From Dehalococcoidia bacterium (GTDB taxonomy: Bacteria; Chloroflexota; Dehalococcoidia; Lucifugimonadales; Lucifugimonadaceae): a stretch of DNA of 64,000 bases. Below the pieces are notes generated by a model. That model was not told the DNA's origin, did not search any database, and worked only from the letters and a program-made list of their open reading frames with translations. Made by a program: the position numbers and the translations under genes. Of the stretch, positions 17,421 to 26,214 are shown piece after piece. Where the stretch lies: assembly GCA_009693115.1 (NCBI GenBank), contig SHXW01000009.1:3508-67507 (forward strand). Direction: 5' to 3'. The first letter of the stretch is position 1; every line of letters begins with the position of its first letter.

Positions 17421-18293
17421 ATGGAGCACCGTTTGCAAACCCTGGTTTTGGCCGCAGAGAGGCTTGGCGTCAAACTGGACGCCGGACAGGAGGCCCTTTT
17501 CCGCAGGTACTTTGAAGTCCTGGAAAAGGGGGCCGAGGTTGCCAACCTGACAGGGGCGCGCGGCTGGGAGCGCGTCCGGGAAGAACTGTTCATCAGGTCT
17601 CTGCGCCTGCTCACACCTGCGCCTGGCGGTTACGTGTCGATGGCTGGATGGTTCGACGCCGAGGCCGGATTCGGGCCGGGCCCTTCAGCCCCGGCGGGCC
17701 GTGACAACGGCCCTCATGCAGGCGGGGACAAACGGGCTCGGCGCGTCATTGATATCGGCACAGGAGCTGGGATACCGGGATTGGTGCTCAAGATCGCTCT
17801 ACCGGCAATGGAACTGACCCTGCTCGACTCCAATCAGAAGAAGTGCGACTTCCTGCGACGAGCCGTGCAGGAACTGGGCCTGACCGGCGTCACAGTCTTG
17901 CAGGCCAGGGCGGAGGAGGCGGCGCACAACCCGGCACACCGTGAGCAATATGACCTCGTTCTGGCCCGCGCCGTCGCCCGGCTGGCCGAGCTCGCCGAAC
18001 TTACTCTCCCATTCGCAAAGGTGGGCGGAGCGGTGATCGCGCCCAAGGGTGCGGACATCGTGGGAGAGGTGGAGGAGGCTGCATATGCGGCGGAGCAGAT
18101 GGGCGTCGCGCCCGCAATCACGCAGACCATCTCATCCCCTGGCAGCGCGCCTGCCGACACAATCGTCTACTGGTTCAAGATCAGCAAGACACCGGCGCGC
18201 TATCCGAGGCGGGTGGGTATGCCCCACAAGCATCCGCTCCTGATGCAGACCGCTCCGCGGCAAGCTGGCAAACATGCGGGGGCAAGCCGGTGA
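17421..18293 (+). CDS. rsmG: 16S rRNA (guanine527-N7)-methyltransferase RsmG
   Basis: ANLTGARGWERVREELFIRSL, SAM motif VIDIGTGAGIPGLVLKI, LLDSNQKKCDFL, ARAVARLAELAEL and C-terminal YPRRVGMPHKHPL. It carries a Gly/Pro/Ala-rich insertion before motif I. Confidence 0.85.
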   Translation: MEHRLQTLVLAAERLGVKLDAGQEALFRRYFEVLEKGAEVANLTGARGWERVREELFIRSLRLLTPAPGGYVSMAGWFDAEAGFGPGPSAPAGRDNGPHAGGDKRARRVIDIGTGAGIPGLVLKIALPAMELTLLDSNQKKCDFLRRAVQELGLTGVTVLQARAEEAAHNPAHREQYDLVLARAVARLAELAELTLPFAKVGGAVIAPKGADIVGEVEEAAYAAEQMGVAPAITQTISSPGSAPADTIVYWFKISKTPARYPRRVGMPHKHPLLMQTAPRQAGKHAGASR

Positions 18294-19387
18294 ACGAGGC
18301 TACAACTCCCGGACAGGACGCCGGCACCATCGCGCCTGTCGAGCAGTTCAGGAAGCGCGTGTTTTCACCCGCGACGCTCATCGCCACGGTTGTCGCCGGC
18401 ACGGTTCTCGCTCTTGTGCTCTGGCGCGCTTTTGATATTGACTGGAGCCAGTTCTGGGAAAACGCCCGCAAGATAAGCCCAGTTTCGTACCTGCTCGCCG
18501 TTGTCTCCTACTACGCGAGCTTCTGGTTCCGCGGCTGGCGCTGGCGTCTGATCGCGAAACAGGCGTTCCGGCAACCGCCTGCAGCCACCGGAACAGGCAA
18601 CGCACCGGCTGATGTCCCGCCCGCAAAAGGGCCCAGGGTCCCCGGCTCTACCACGCTCGGGGGCATCATCCTCATGGGCTGGTTTGCGAACTCTGTCGCC
18701 TTCCTGCGCATCGGTGACGTCTACCGGGGCTGGGCGCTCGCCAAAGAGTCAGGAGCCGGCGCAGGCGAGAGCCTGGGCACGGTGCTGGCTGAGCGTGTGC
18801 AGGATATGTTCGCCGTCCTCATCCTCATCCTTGTCGCCGCAATTTGGATGACATCGACAGGGGCAGACGTGCCTGTTGTCGTGGTCGTAGTCGCATTCGC
18901 GCTCATTGGGCTGGTCGTTGTGATGCTGGTCGTGATGCGATTCTTCGGCCTGCGGCTGGCGAAAAGGCTGCCGCAGCGGTTCGAGAAGATGTACTGCAGC
19001 TTCCAGAAGGGGACGTTGCAGAGCTTGAACCCGCGCGGCCTGCCGCCACAGCTTGCGCTAGGGATCGTCGGCTGGCTGCTTGAGATCGCTCGGTTCTATT
19101 TCGTCGCGCACGGTCTGGGAGTGGAGATCAGTTTCGGCGTCATCATGCTTGTTGCGCTTGTGAATGCCATGTTGACGACCATCCCGACTCCGGGCGGTTT
19201 TGGGTTCGTCGAGAGCGGGCTCACCGGGTTGCTCATCTTCGTCGGACTTGACCACACCACCGCCTTTAGCCTCGCCCTGGTTGACAGGACAATCTCCTGG
19301 GTCAGCGTCGTCGTAATCGGGGGCCTGCTCTTCGCTTTCTGGCACCTCGTCCGCGACAAGAAGCGCAGCCGCACCCTCCCCCATTGA
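18290..19387 (+). CDS. UPF0104 / lysylphosphatidylglycerol-synthase-TM-like (flippase-like) membrane protein
   Basis: Multi-pass protein: VSYYASFWFRGWRWRLI..., LIFVGLDHTTAFSLALVDRTISWVSVVVIGG. The GTG start overlaps the rsmG stop (GTGA). Confidence 0.65.
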   Translation: MNEATTPGQDAGTIAPVEQFRKRVFSPATLIATVVAGTVLALVLWRAFDIDWSQFWENARKISPVSYLLAVVSYYASFWFRGWRWRLIAKQAFRQPPAATGTGNAPADVPPAKGPRVPGSTTLGGIILMGWFANSVAFLRIGDVYRGWALAKESGAGAGESLGTVLAERVQDMFAVLILILVAAIWMTSTGADVPVVVVVVAFALIGLVVVMLVVMRFFGLRLAKRLPQRFEKMYCSFQKGTLQSLNPRGLPPQLALGIVGWLLEIARFYFVAHGLGVEISFGVIMLVALVNAMLTTIPTPGGFGFVESGLTGLLIFVGLDHTTAFSLALVDRTISWVSVVVIGGLLFAFWHLVRDKKRSRTLPH

Positions 19388-19519
19388 TGTGGAGGGTGCC
19401 GAAGGGCGGGAGAGGATGAAGGTGAGGAGCCTATAGCCTGACCGCCCACACCTTGATCGCCGCGTGCCCGTGGCGTAACCTTTCGCCGTCCCGCTTACTC
19501 TTGAACCACGGAGGCCCGC

Positions 19520-20701
19520 ATGGACGCCCTTTCGCAGATGAAAAAAGATCCCTACGCCTTCCTCGGGGTCAAAAAGATCATCAACGCCACCTGTCACTGG
19601 ACGGTTTACGGCGGCACATTGATCCCCGACGAAGTGTTGGACACGATGCGCGAATCAGCGAAGTGGCACGTTGATATCCGCGATCTCCAGAAGGCCGCAG
19701 GACGGGCCATCTCGAAGCACACTCACGCCGAGGACGGCTACATCGTCTCCGGGTGCGCCGCCGCCATACTCGTCGGCACAGCCGCCATCCTCACGGGCAA
19801 GGACCCGGCGAAGATGATGCAGCTCCCGGACACGGCTGGGATGAAGGACCTGTGCGTGGCGGCAAGGTTCGAACGGCGCAAGAATCCCACAGGCAGGGAG
19901 TACGTCCACTACGGTTACGCTCACGCGGTGAAGACCGCGGGCGTGAAGTTCGTCGAGGTTGGGGACGGCAGACGCACCACGGCGGAGGGGCTTGACGAGG
20001 CACTGCGAAAAAACGCGCCCAACGTCGCGCTCACCTACTGGACCGGCTACTGGGCAAAGGACGATCTCCCGCTACCAGATGTCATCGCAATATCACACCG
20101 CCACGGCGTGCCTGTGCTTGTTGACGCCTCGAACTCACTCCCGCCGCGCGAGAACCTGCACCGCTTCGTGGACATGGGCGCGGACCTTGTCGCGTACTCA
20201 GGCGGCAAGGGCCTCCAGGGACCACAGGGCGCGGGTGTCCTGGCAGGAAGGAAGGAGATCATCGAGGCTGTGGCGATGCAGGCCGCGCCAACGCAGGGCA
20301 TAGGCCGCGTGGCGAAGGTGAGCAAGGAGGAGGTCGTGGGCATGATCGCCGCGCTGACATGGTGGGCAGAGCAGGATGATGAGGCGCGCATGACCGAGCA
20401 CCACCGCCGCTCGAACAAGCTGGCGTCGCTTATCAAAGGCCTCCCCGGCGCGAAGACGGAGGTAGTCTTCCCGGATCAATGGCAGCGGCCATTCCCGACC
20501 GTCCACCTGACAACGCTGCCCGCGAGCGGCCTGGACGCGGCGCAAATCATCGACGCGCTGAAGAACGGCGACCCTTCGATCGGCGTGATGGGCGGCTCTG
20601 ACCCGCAGACCGTCCGCATGGACGTGCGCTTGTGCGAAGACTGGGAACTCGACGCCATTGGCAAACGTCTGCACGAGGTCTTTGCCGCCCACAAAAAGTG
20701 A
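19520..20701 (+). CDS. SelA/DgaE-like PLP-dependent enzyme (fold type I)
   Basis: The YSGGKGLQGPQGAGVLAGRKEIIEAV segment resembles the SelA-family FSGDKLLGGPQAG PLP-lysine motif. GGAGG lies 5 nt before the ATG. It has no SelA N-terminal domain. Confidence 0.6.
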   Translation: MDALSQMKKDPYAFLGVKKIINATCHWTVYGGTLIPDEVLDTMRESAKWHVDIRDLQKAAGRAISKHTHAEDGYIVSGCAAAILVGTAAILTGKDPAKMMQLPDTAGMKDLCVAARFERRKNPTGREYVHYGYAHAVKTAGVKFVEVGDGRRTTAEGLDEALRKNAPNVALTYWTGYWAKDDLPLPDVIAISHRHGVPVLVDASNSLPPRENLHRFVDMGADLVAYSGGKGLQGPQGAGVLAGRKEIIEAVAMQAAPTQGIGRVAKVSKEEVVGMIAALTWWAEQDDEARMTEHHRRSNKLASLIKGLPGAKTEVVFPDQWQRPFPTVHLTTLPASGLDAAQIIDALKNGDPSIGVMGGSDPQTVRMDVRLCEDWELDAIGKRLHEVFAAHKK

Positions 20702-20836
20702 GGCGCCCGATCCCATACCTCTGAGATGTGGACGGCCCTAGAGGTTGACGTCCCGGCCTGTCTTCAACGCATTGAGGGATCCCGCAATCATCTCCAACGT
20801 GGAGATGTGATCCCGTGATGGTGACCATGGCAGCGG

Positions 20837-22285
20837 TCAGAGTTGGACCGATTCACCGTAGGCCGGGATGGTTACCTTCCACCCGTTGACAGGGCCGCCA
20901 CGCTCGCTGGTGCGCTGGACGTCGACCTGACCGTGGCGCTGGCGCAACAGGTCTGCGAACGCTGCCGCTCCGCTCCCTTCGCCGTGTACGAGGAACACCT
21001 GCTTCGGCTGAGGTTGGAGAGCCGCCAGCCATTCAAGCAGCCCTTCACGGTCAACATGCGCCGAAAAGCCGTCAATACGCTCTATACGGGCGCGTACCGG
21101 GTGCATCACGCCGTAGATGCGAACAGGGTTCTGGCCGTTGAGTATCTGACGGCCCAGCGTCCCGTTTGCCTGATAACCCACGAACAGGATGGTGCTTTCG
21201 GGGCGCCCAATGTTGTTGATCAGATGCTGCTTGATGCGCCCGCCCGTCGCCATGCCTGAACCGGCAATGATGACCGTCGGTCCCGGTATGCGCGCCACAC
21301 CCTCGGATTCCTTTGGAGAACGCACGAAACGCAGGCCGGGGAAGTCGAATGGCGCTCGCCCCTCCCTGATCTCGTGAGCCAGGTCTGCATCAAGCAGGTC
21401 CGGGTATTTTCCGAAGACTCTGGTCACGCTCTGGGCCATCGGGCTGTCAAAGACGACGGGAATGGCGGGTATGCGCCCCGCCAGCCCTAGCCGGCCTAGG
21501 TGGTAGAGAAGCTCCTGCGCACGCTCGACAGCGAAGGCGGGGATGACTACGTTGCCGCCAGCGGCTGCGGTCTCGTTGATGACGCGCTCTAGCTCGGCTG
21601 CGATGTCATGATTGGGGTGCGAGCGGTCACCATATGTGGTCTCAATCAGGACGTAGTCCGCGCCGCGCTGGGTGTCGGGGTCATGCAGGATGGGCCGCGC
21701 CGGACGGCCAATGTCGCCGGAGAAGAGGATGCTCACGTCTCTGCCGCCATCTCGGGCCGTTACCCTGATTGTGGCGGACCCCAAGATGTGGCCTGCGTCC
21801 CTGAATTCTGCGGTGATGTGCCCGTCTACTTTTACCTGCCCGCCGTAGCGCACGGGTGTGAATAGCGCTGAGGCGCGCTCGGCGTCGGCTGGCGTATAGA
21901 GCGGGACTTCGGGATATGCGCCGCGTCTGCCTTCTCGAACGTGACGCCGCTTTTTGACCTCGACGTCCTCCTGCATGATGCGGGCGGAATCCATCAGGAG
22001 CAGCCGGGTGATGTCAATCGTGGGTTCCGTGCAGAGGATGCGGCCGGAAAAGCCCTGTGCGACGAGCCGCGGCAGCCAGCCCGAATGATCAAGGTGGGCG
22101 TGCGTGAGGAGGACGGCGGATATGGAGGACGGCGGGACGGGGAAGGTGTCCCAGTTGCGGTAGGCGTTGTCCCGCTCCTGGCACAGACCACAGTCCACGA
22201 GGATGCGCGTAGGGCCGGCTTCGAGGAGGAAACGTGAGCCGGTGACACTGCCGGCCGCGCCGAGGAATGTGAGTGTGACTGCCAT
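20837..22285 (-). CDS. beta-CASP family MBL-fold ribonuclease (RNA-metabolising metallo-beta-lactamase)
   Basis: LTFLGAAGSVTGSRFLLE...VLLTHAHLDHSGWLP (HxHxDH), ...FSAHVDREGLLEWL (beta-CASP motif C region). The start is ATG 22285 or GTG 22309. Confidence 0.8.
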   Translation of the reverse strand: MAVTLTFLGAAGSVTGSRFLLEAGPTRILVDCGLCQERDNAYRNWDTFPVPPSSISAVLLTHAHLDHSGWLPRLVAQGFSGRILCTEPTIDITRLLLMDSARIMQEDVEVKKRRHVREGRRGAYPEVPLYTPADAERASALFTPVRYGGQVKVDGHITAEFRDAGHILGSATIRVTARDGGRDVSILFSGDIGRPARPILHDPDTQRGADYVLIETTYGDRSHPNHDIAAELERVINETAAAGGNVVIPAFAVERAQELLYHLGRLGLAGRIPAIPVVFDSPMAQSVTRVFGKYPDLLDADLAHEIREGRAPFDFPGLRFVRSPKESEGVARIPGPTVIIAGSGMATGGRIKQHLINNIGRPESTILFVGYQANGTLGRQILNGQNPVRIYGVMHPVRARIERIDGFSAHVDREGLLEWLAALQPQPKQVFLVHGEGSGAAAFADLLRQRHGQVDVQRTSERGGPVNGWKVTIPAYGESVQL

Positions 22286-22478
22286 GATTCCGTGTCTCTC
22301 CGTTCGCACTCAGCCGAGCCGGAGGCCGGTGCCCTTTGCCTCAGCCACACCATGATCCGTCAACCCGAGGGCGAAGGTCGAGAGATATGGCGTGGACCTT
22401 CAAGTGATTTCAAGCCGCCTCATCTCAATAAACTTCGCTTCGCCCAGAATGACGGTGTTACGGCCCACTCGACAGGAT

Positions 22479-23519
22479 ATGCTCACTGACACACCCATGG
22501 CTCCTCAACGCCTTCCTTCACACAAGAACACCTCCCCCCGGGACTCCGCGCGTGGCGGCTCTGCTCCAAAGGTCCAAACGAGACGTCAGAGCCGGTCGTC
22601 AGCGCCACCCATCATGATTGGGAATGCCCCTCAGTCCGCTCCCGAAGCGCATCCAGCCGGGAAAGGGGGCGTAAACCAGACCCGACGGCCCGCCGTCCCG
22701 GCTGCCCCGTCGCGCCCTGACGATATTCAAGAGAACGGGGACCTCCCGTCCCGGAGGGCGGACGAATCGTGGGAAAAGGTCGCCGACTGGTATGACGCGC
22801 TGGCTTCAGAGCGCGGGACGGAGTTTCACCAGCACGTAGTCATCCCCGGCCTGCTGAGTTTGCTCGACCTGAAACCCGGTGAGAAGGTGTGCGACCTTGC
22901 TTGCGGGCAGGGTGCAGTGACGCAGGCGCTCGCACGTGCGGGAGCGCAAGTTACGGGCGTGGACCTGTCACCCCGCCTCATTGAACTGGCCCGCCACCGG
23001 CCGTCGAAGGGCATCCGCTATGTCTTAGGCGACGCCCGCAGCGTGCCCGATCTGAAGTCCGATTCGTTTGACGCTATTACGTGCGTGCTCGCCGCGATGA
23101 ACATAGACCCAGTCGCGCCATTGTTCACTGAGATGTCGAGGCTCCTTCGGCCCGGCGGCAGGTCTGTGATCGTCGTCCTGCACCCAGCCTTCAGAATCCC
23201 GCGCCAGAGCCGCTGGCGGTGGGATGAAGGCCGCAAGATGCAGACGCGCGAGGTGGACAGGTATCTATCCCCGCTGTCGATCCCAATCGACATGAAACCA
23301 TTCAACCGGCCCGGCGAGGCGACCACGACGACCCACCACCGCCCTGTAAGCGCATACGTGAACGGGTTCGCGCGGGCAGGGTTGGCGGTGACGGCCCTTG
23401 AAGAATGGCCTTCGCACAAGGTCTCGCAGCAAGGGCCTAAGGCGCGGGCGGAGAACCGGGCGCGGGAGGAGTTCCCGCTGTTCATGGCGCTGCGGGCGGT
23501 GAAGCTCACCGTAAATTAG
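22479..23519 (+). CDS. class I SAM-dependent methyltransferase with a low-complexity N-terminal region
   Basis: Motif I VCDLACGQGAVTQALARAGAQVTGVDLS and motif post-I/II ...FDAITCVLAAMNI...LLRPGGRSVIVV. The start is uncertain (ATG 22479, 22497 or an internal Met). The track start 22392 lies in intergenic repeats. Confidence 0.65.
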   Translation: MLTDTPMAPQRLPSHKNTSPRDSARGGSAPKVQTRRQSRSSAPPIMIGNAPQSAPEAHPAGKGGVNQTRRPAVPAAPSRPDDIQENGDLPSRRADESWEKVADWYDALASERGTEFHQHVVIPGLLSLLDLKPGEKVCDLACGQGAVTQALARAGAQVTGVDLSPRLIELARHRPSKGIRYVLGDARSVPDLKSDSFDAITCVLAAMNIDPVAPLFTEMSRLLRPGGRSVIVVLHPAFRIPRQSRWRWDEGRKMQTREVDRYLSPLSIPIDMKPFNRPGEATTTTHHRPVSAYVNGFARAGLAVTALEEWPSHKVSQQGPKARAENRAREEFPLFMALRAVKLTVN

Positions 23520-23676
23520 AGGTCGTCCAGAAGCAGTCGTGCCGAACTAGCCTGCACCAAGACCTGTCCGTTGCGTTCCAGCGACTCTGCGTACCTAGCA
23601 AAGGGCGTTTCATGGATACCCTGCAGGTGCGTCGGGACTGCGTCTTCGACCTTCACCCGCCCCCGCAGTTGAACGT

Positions 23677-23699
23677 CCCTCTCCCTGAGAGGGGGAGGG
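23677..23699. terminator. GC-rich hairpin between convergent methyltransferase and recA genes (CCCTCTCCC family)
   Basis: CCCTCTCCC(23677-85) tgaga GGGGGAGGG(23091+: 23691-99) forms a 9-bp stem with one G-U pair, 8 nt beyond the recA stop. No clear U-tract. Confidence 0.5.
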
Positions 23700-23706
23700 G
23701 AACCCC

Positions 23707-24786
23707 CTAATTGTCTTCCTTGGCGCCATCGCCTTCTTCTGACTTGGCGGCGCCGGAGGGGGCAAGGGCGCGCAGATCCTTCTCGATAGCATCCCGGATA
23801 TCGGTGTTCTTCTTCAAGAACTCGCGTGAGGCCTCGCGGCCCTGGCCAAGGCGGGTGTCCCCGAACGAGAAGAAGGATCCGTTTTTCTTGAGGACGCCGC
23901 GATCGACGCCCATATCCAGGATGGCGCCTTCCTTCGAAATGCCCTCGTTGAACATGATCTCAATCTCGGCGGTGCGGAACGGCGGTGCGACCTTGTTCTT
24001 CACGACGCGCGCCCTGACGCGGTTACCGATGATCTCGTTGCCGGACTTGATCGACTCCATCCTGCGGAGATCGATACGGACTGAGCTGTAGAACTTGAGC
24101 GCGCGGCCCCCCGGCGTCACCTCCGGGTTACCGAAGACTATGCCCACCTTCTCCCGCAACTGGTTGATGAAGATGGCGACGGTGTTCGTCTTGCTGATGG
24201 ATCCCGTGAGCTTCCGAAGGGCCTGAGACATCAGGCGCGCCTGCAGGCCGATGTGCGTGTCCCCCATCTCGCCCTCAAGCTCAGCGGATGGCACGAGCGC
24301 GGCGACGCTGTCTATGACCACAACGTCAAGCGCGCCGCTGCGCACGAGGTAGTCCATGATCTCCAGCGCCTGCTCTGCGGAGTCCGGCTGGGAGATGAGC
24401 AGCTTTTCAGTATCCACCCCGCAGATTTTCGCGTAGCCGGGGTCCATGGCGTGCTCAACATCAACGTAGGCCGCGGTGCCGCCCTTTTTCTGCGCCTGAG
24501 CGATGATCGTCATGGCGAGCGTGGACTTGCCTGCCGACTCAGCGCCAAAGATCTCCACCACCCGACCGCGCGGAACGCCGCCGACCCCGAGGGCCATGTC
24601 CAGGGCTATCGAGCCGGTCGGTATGGCATCGATCTTTCCGGACGCTGCCGCTGTGTCGCTGAGGCGCATGACAGCGCCACGGCCAAACGCCTTCTCAATC
24701 TGAGCCAAGGCCAGTTCAAGTGTCTTTTCGCGATCGCTCATTGTCCCGTTCCTGTGTTCTGCAACGTTATGAACGGCCTGCGCCAT
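23707..24786 (-). CDS. recA: recombinase RecA
   Basis: Walker [10 protein letters not shown], ...[12 protein letters not shown]...[15 protein letters not shown]...[11 protein letters not shown]...[21 protein letters not shown] 24786 is preceded by AAGGAGAAGG. Upstream track Mets fall in the predicted promoter. Confidence 0.95.
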   Translation of the reverse strand: MAQAVHNVAEHRNGTMSDREKTLELALAQIEKAFGRGAVMRLSDTAAASGKIDAIPTGSIALDMALGVGGVPRGRVVEIFGAESAGKSTLAMTIIAQAQKKGGTAAYVDVEHAMDPGYAKICGVDTEKLLISQPDSAEQALEIMDYLVRSGALDVVVIDSVAALVPSAELEGEMGDTHIGLQARLMSQALRKLTGSISKTNTVAIFINQLREKVGIVFGNPEVTPGGRALKFYSSVRIDLRRMESIKSGNEIIGNRVRARVVKNKVAPPFRTAEIEIMFNEGISKEGAILDMGVDRGVLKKNGSFFSFGDTRLGQGREASREFLKKNTDIRDAIEKDLRALAPSGAAKSEEGDGAKEDN

Positions 24787-24826
24787 GTCCTTCTCCTTGT
24801 GAATCTTTCGCGATTTCATGTGAGGG

Positions 24827-24854
24827 AGAATAGCACAGATGTTCGTCAGCGCAA
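24827..24854 (-). promoter_or_regulatory. candidate recA promoter with an embedded Cheo-like (LexA) box
   Basis: On the minus strand: TTGCGC (24854-49), 16 nt, TATTCT (24832-27). The spacer and -10 edge hold CGAACATCTGTGCT (24845-32), which is GAAC-N4-GTgC, one core mismatch from GAAC-N4-GTTC. Confidence 0.35.
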
Positions 24855-25061
24855 GTGTGCATGTCACAAAGGCGCAGCCAGATCATCCGGCACGCAAACT
24901 CTACTCCAATCTCGTTCTCATGGGCACATGCGGCGCCGCTTCGCCGCCAAACGGTTTACATCACGGCATTCGCACCGGCAATATGTGCCCCGTGACCGCG
25001 CCTCCCACATTCGCGTCGCCCGTGTCCCACCGCGGATCCACGCCAGTCCGAGAAGGTGCTC

Positions 25062-25970
25062 ATGCCCGCTGACAAAATGCATGTTGACGAGGTGGACACC
25101 GACGCATCTCTTGTGGGCCGGTTGCTCGCGGCGCAGTTTCCGCAGTGGGCAGATCTTTCCATTGAGCCGGTCCGCTCCGCCGGGACCGACAACGCGATCT
25201 ATCGGCTCGGCGATGACATGGCCGTGCGACTGCCCCGGATCCACTGGGCCGCCGGGCAAGTGGACAAGGAGCACCGGTGGCTGCCACGACTCGCCCCGCA
25301 CCTGCCGCTCGCCATCCCTGTCCCGCTCGCGATGGGGAAACCCAGCGAAGGCTACCCCTGGCATTGGTCCATCTGCCGGTGGCTCGAAGGCGAGAATGCG
25401 ACCATCGAGCGCATCTCCGATCCGCGGCAGGCGGCGACGGATCTGGCGCAATTCATATCCGCCCTTCAGCGGATAGATACCACGGGCGGGCCGCTCCCCG
25501 GGCCGCAAGAACGCGGCGTGCCGCTGGCAATGCGAGACGCCTACACCCGCGACGCAATTGCACGCCTGCACGGCATGCTTGATACGGGCGCCGCGACCGC
25601 GGCGTGGGAAGCAGCCCTCCAGGCACCCCGATGGCATGGCGCGCCCGTCTGGACCCACGGAGACCTGCAATCCGGGAACCTGCTGTCTGTGAAGGGCCGG
25701 CTCAGCGCCGTAATTGACTTCGGGTGTCTGGGCGTGGGCGATCCCGCATGCGACTTGATTGTCGCGTGGAATCTCTTCTCCCCCGAATCCCGGGACGTAT
25801 TCCGCGCAGCGTTGCCTGTCGATGACGCGACCTGGGCGCGCGGTCGCGGCTGGGCGCTGTCCGTCGGGTTGATCGCCCTCCCCTACTACAAGGACACCAA
25901 CCCCGTACTTGCCGGGATAAACCGATACGCAATCGACGCAGTCCTCGCCGATCACAAGCGCGGCGCATGA
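25062..25970 (+). CDS. aminoglycoside/APH-family phosphotransferase
   Basis: GTDNAIYRLGDDMAVRLPR..., catalytic-loop-like WTHGDLQSGNLL and VIDFGCLGVGDPACDL (DFG-type). ATG 25062 is 5 nt after AAGG; GTG 25056 is also possible. Confidence 0.8.
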   Translation: MPADKMHVDEVDTDASLVGRLLAAQFPQWADLSIEPVRSAGTDNAIYRLGDDMAVRLPRIHWAAGQVDKEHRWLPRLAPHLPLAIPVPLAMGKPSEGYPWHWSICRWLEGENATIERISDPRQAATDLAQFISALQRIDTTGGPLPGPQERGVPLAMRDAYTRDAIARLHGMLDTGAATAAWEAALQAPRWHGAPVWTHGDLQSGNLLSVKGRLSAVIDFGCLGVGDPACDLIVAWNLFSPESRDVFRAALPVDDATWARGRGWALSVGLIALPYYKDTNPVLAGINRYAIDAVLADHKRGA

Positions 25971-25992
25971 CACGGGTTGCGGCCTGAATAAA

Positions 25993-26015
25993 CCCCTCTC
26001 TCGATAAGAGAGGGG
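25993..26015. terminator. hairpin repeat CCCCTCTC-tcgataa-GAGAGGGG downstream of the APH gene
   Basis: 8-bp perfect stem, 22 nt after the stop at 25970. It is a near-identical twin of the element at 49490-49510. Confidence 0.5.
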
Positions 26016-26214
26016 ACGCGACCCACACCTAGGCCCTCTCCCTTGCAGGGCGAGGAAACAAGATCTGGCGGGACGCGAAGAGGCCCCCTGCCGGGCACAT
26101 GAAGGGCATGTCAGTAACAGGACGCGTGGAGTCCTGGCAGGACAAAGGCGCCAGCCGCCCTGATCGGGAGCTCTGGGACACGCAACCAACCTCAAGGAGC
26201 GGCAACGTGATGGC

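Noticed and set aside
19520-20701. SelA-like gene as evidence of a selenocysteine system
   Set aside because: It lacks the SelA N-terminal domain. No selB, selD or tRNA-Sec gene and no in-frame-TGA candidate selenoprotein gene occur in the window. It is more consistent with the broader SelA/DgaE-like PLP-enzyme family.
20789-20805. Small hairpin ATCTCCA-acg-TGGAGAT between the convergent SelA-like and beta-CASP genes
   Set aside because: It has only a 7-bp stem with a 3-nt loop and no U-tract on either strand. It may contribute to termination, but the evidence is too thin to call.
24253-26195. Very long ORFs 24253..25476 (+, 407 aa) and 24918..26195 (-, 425 aa) spanning the recA / APH region
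   Set aside because: They run antisense to, or out of frame with, clearly conserved genes (recA, APH kinase). They are Arg/Pro/Gly/Ala-rich with no recognisable motifs. These are typical shadow ORFs of GC-rich DNA.
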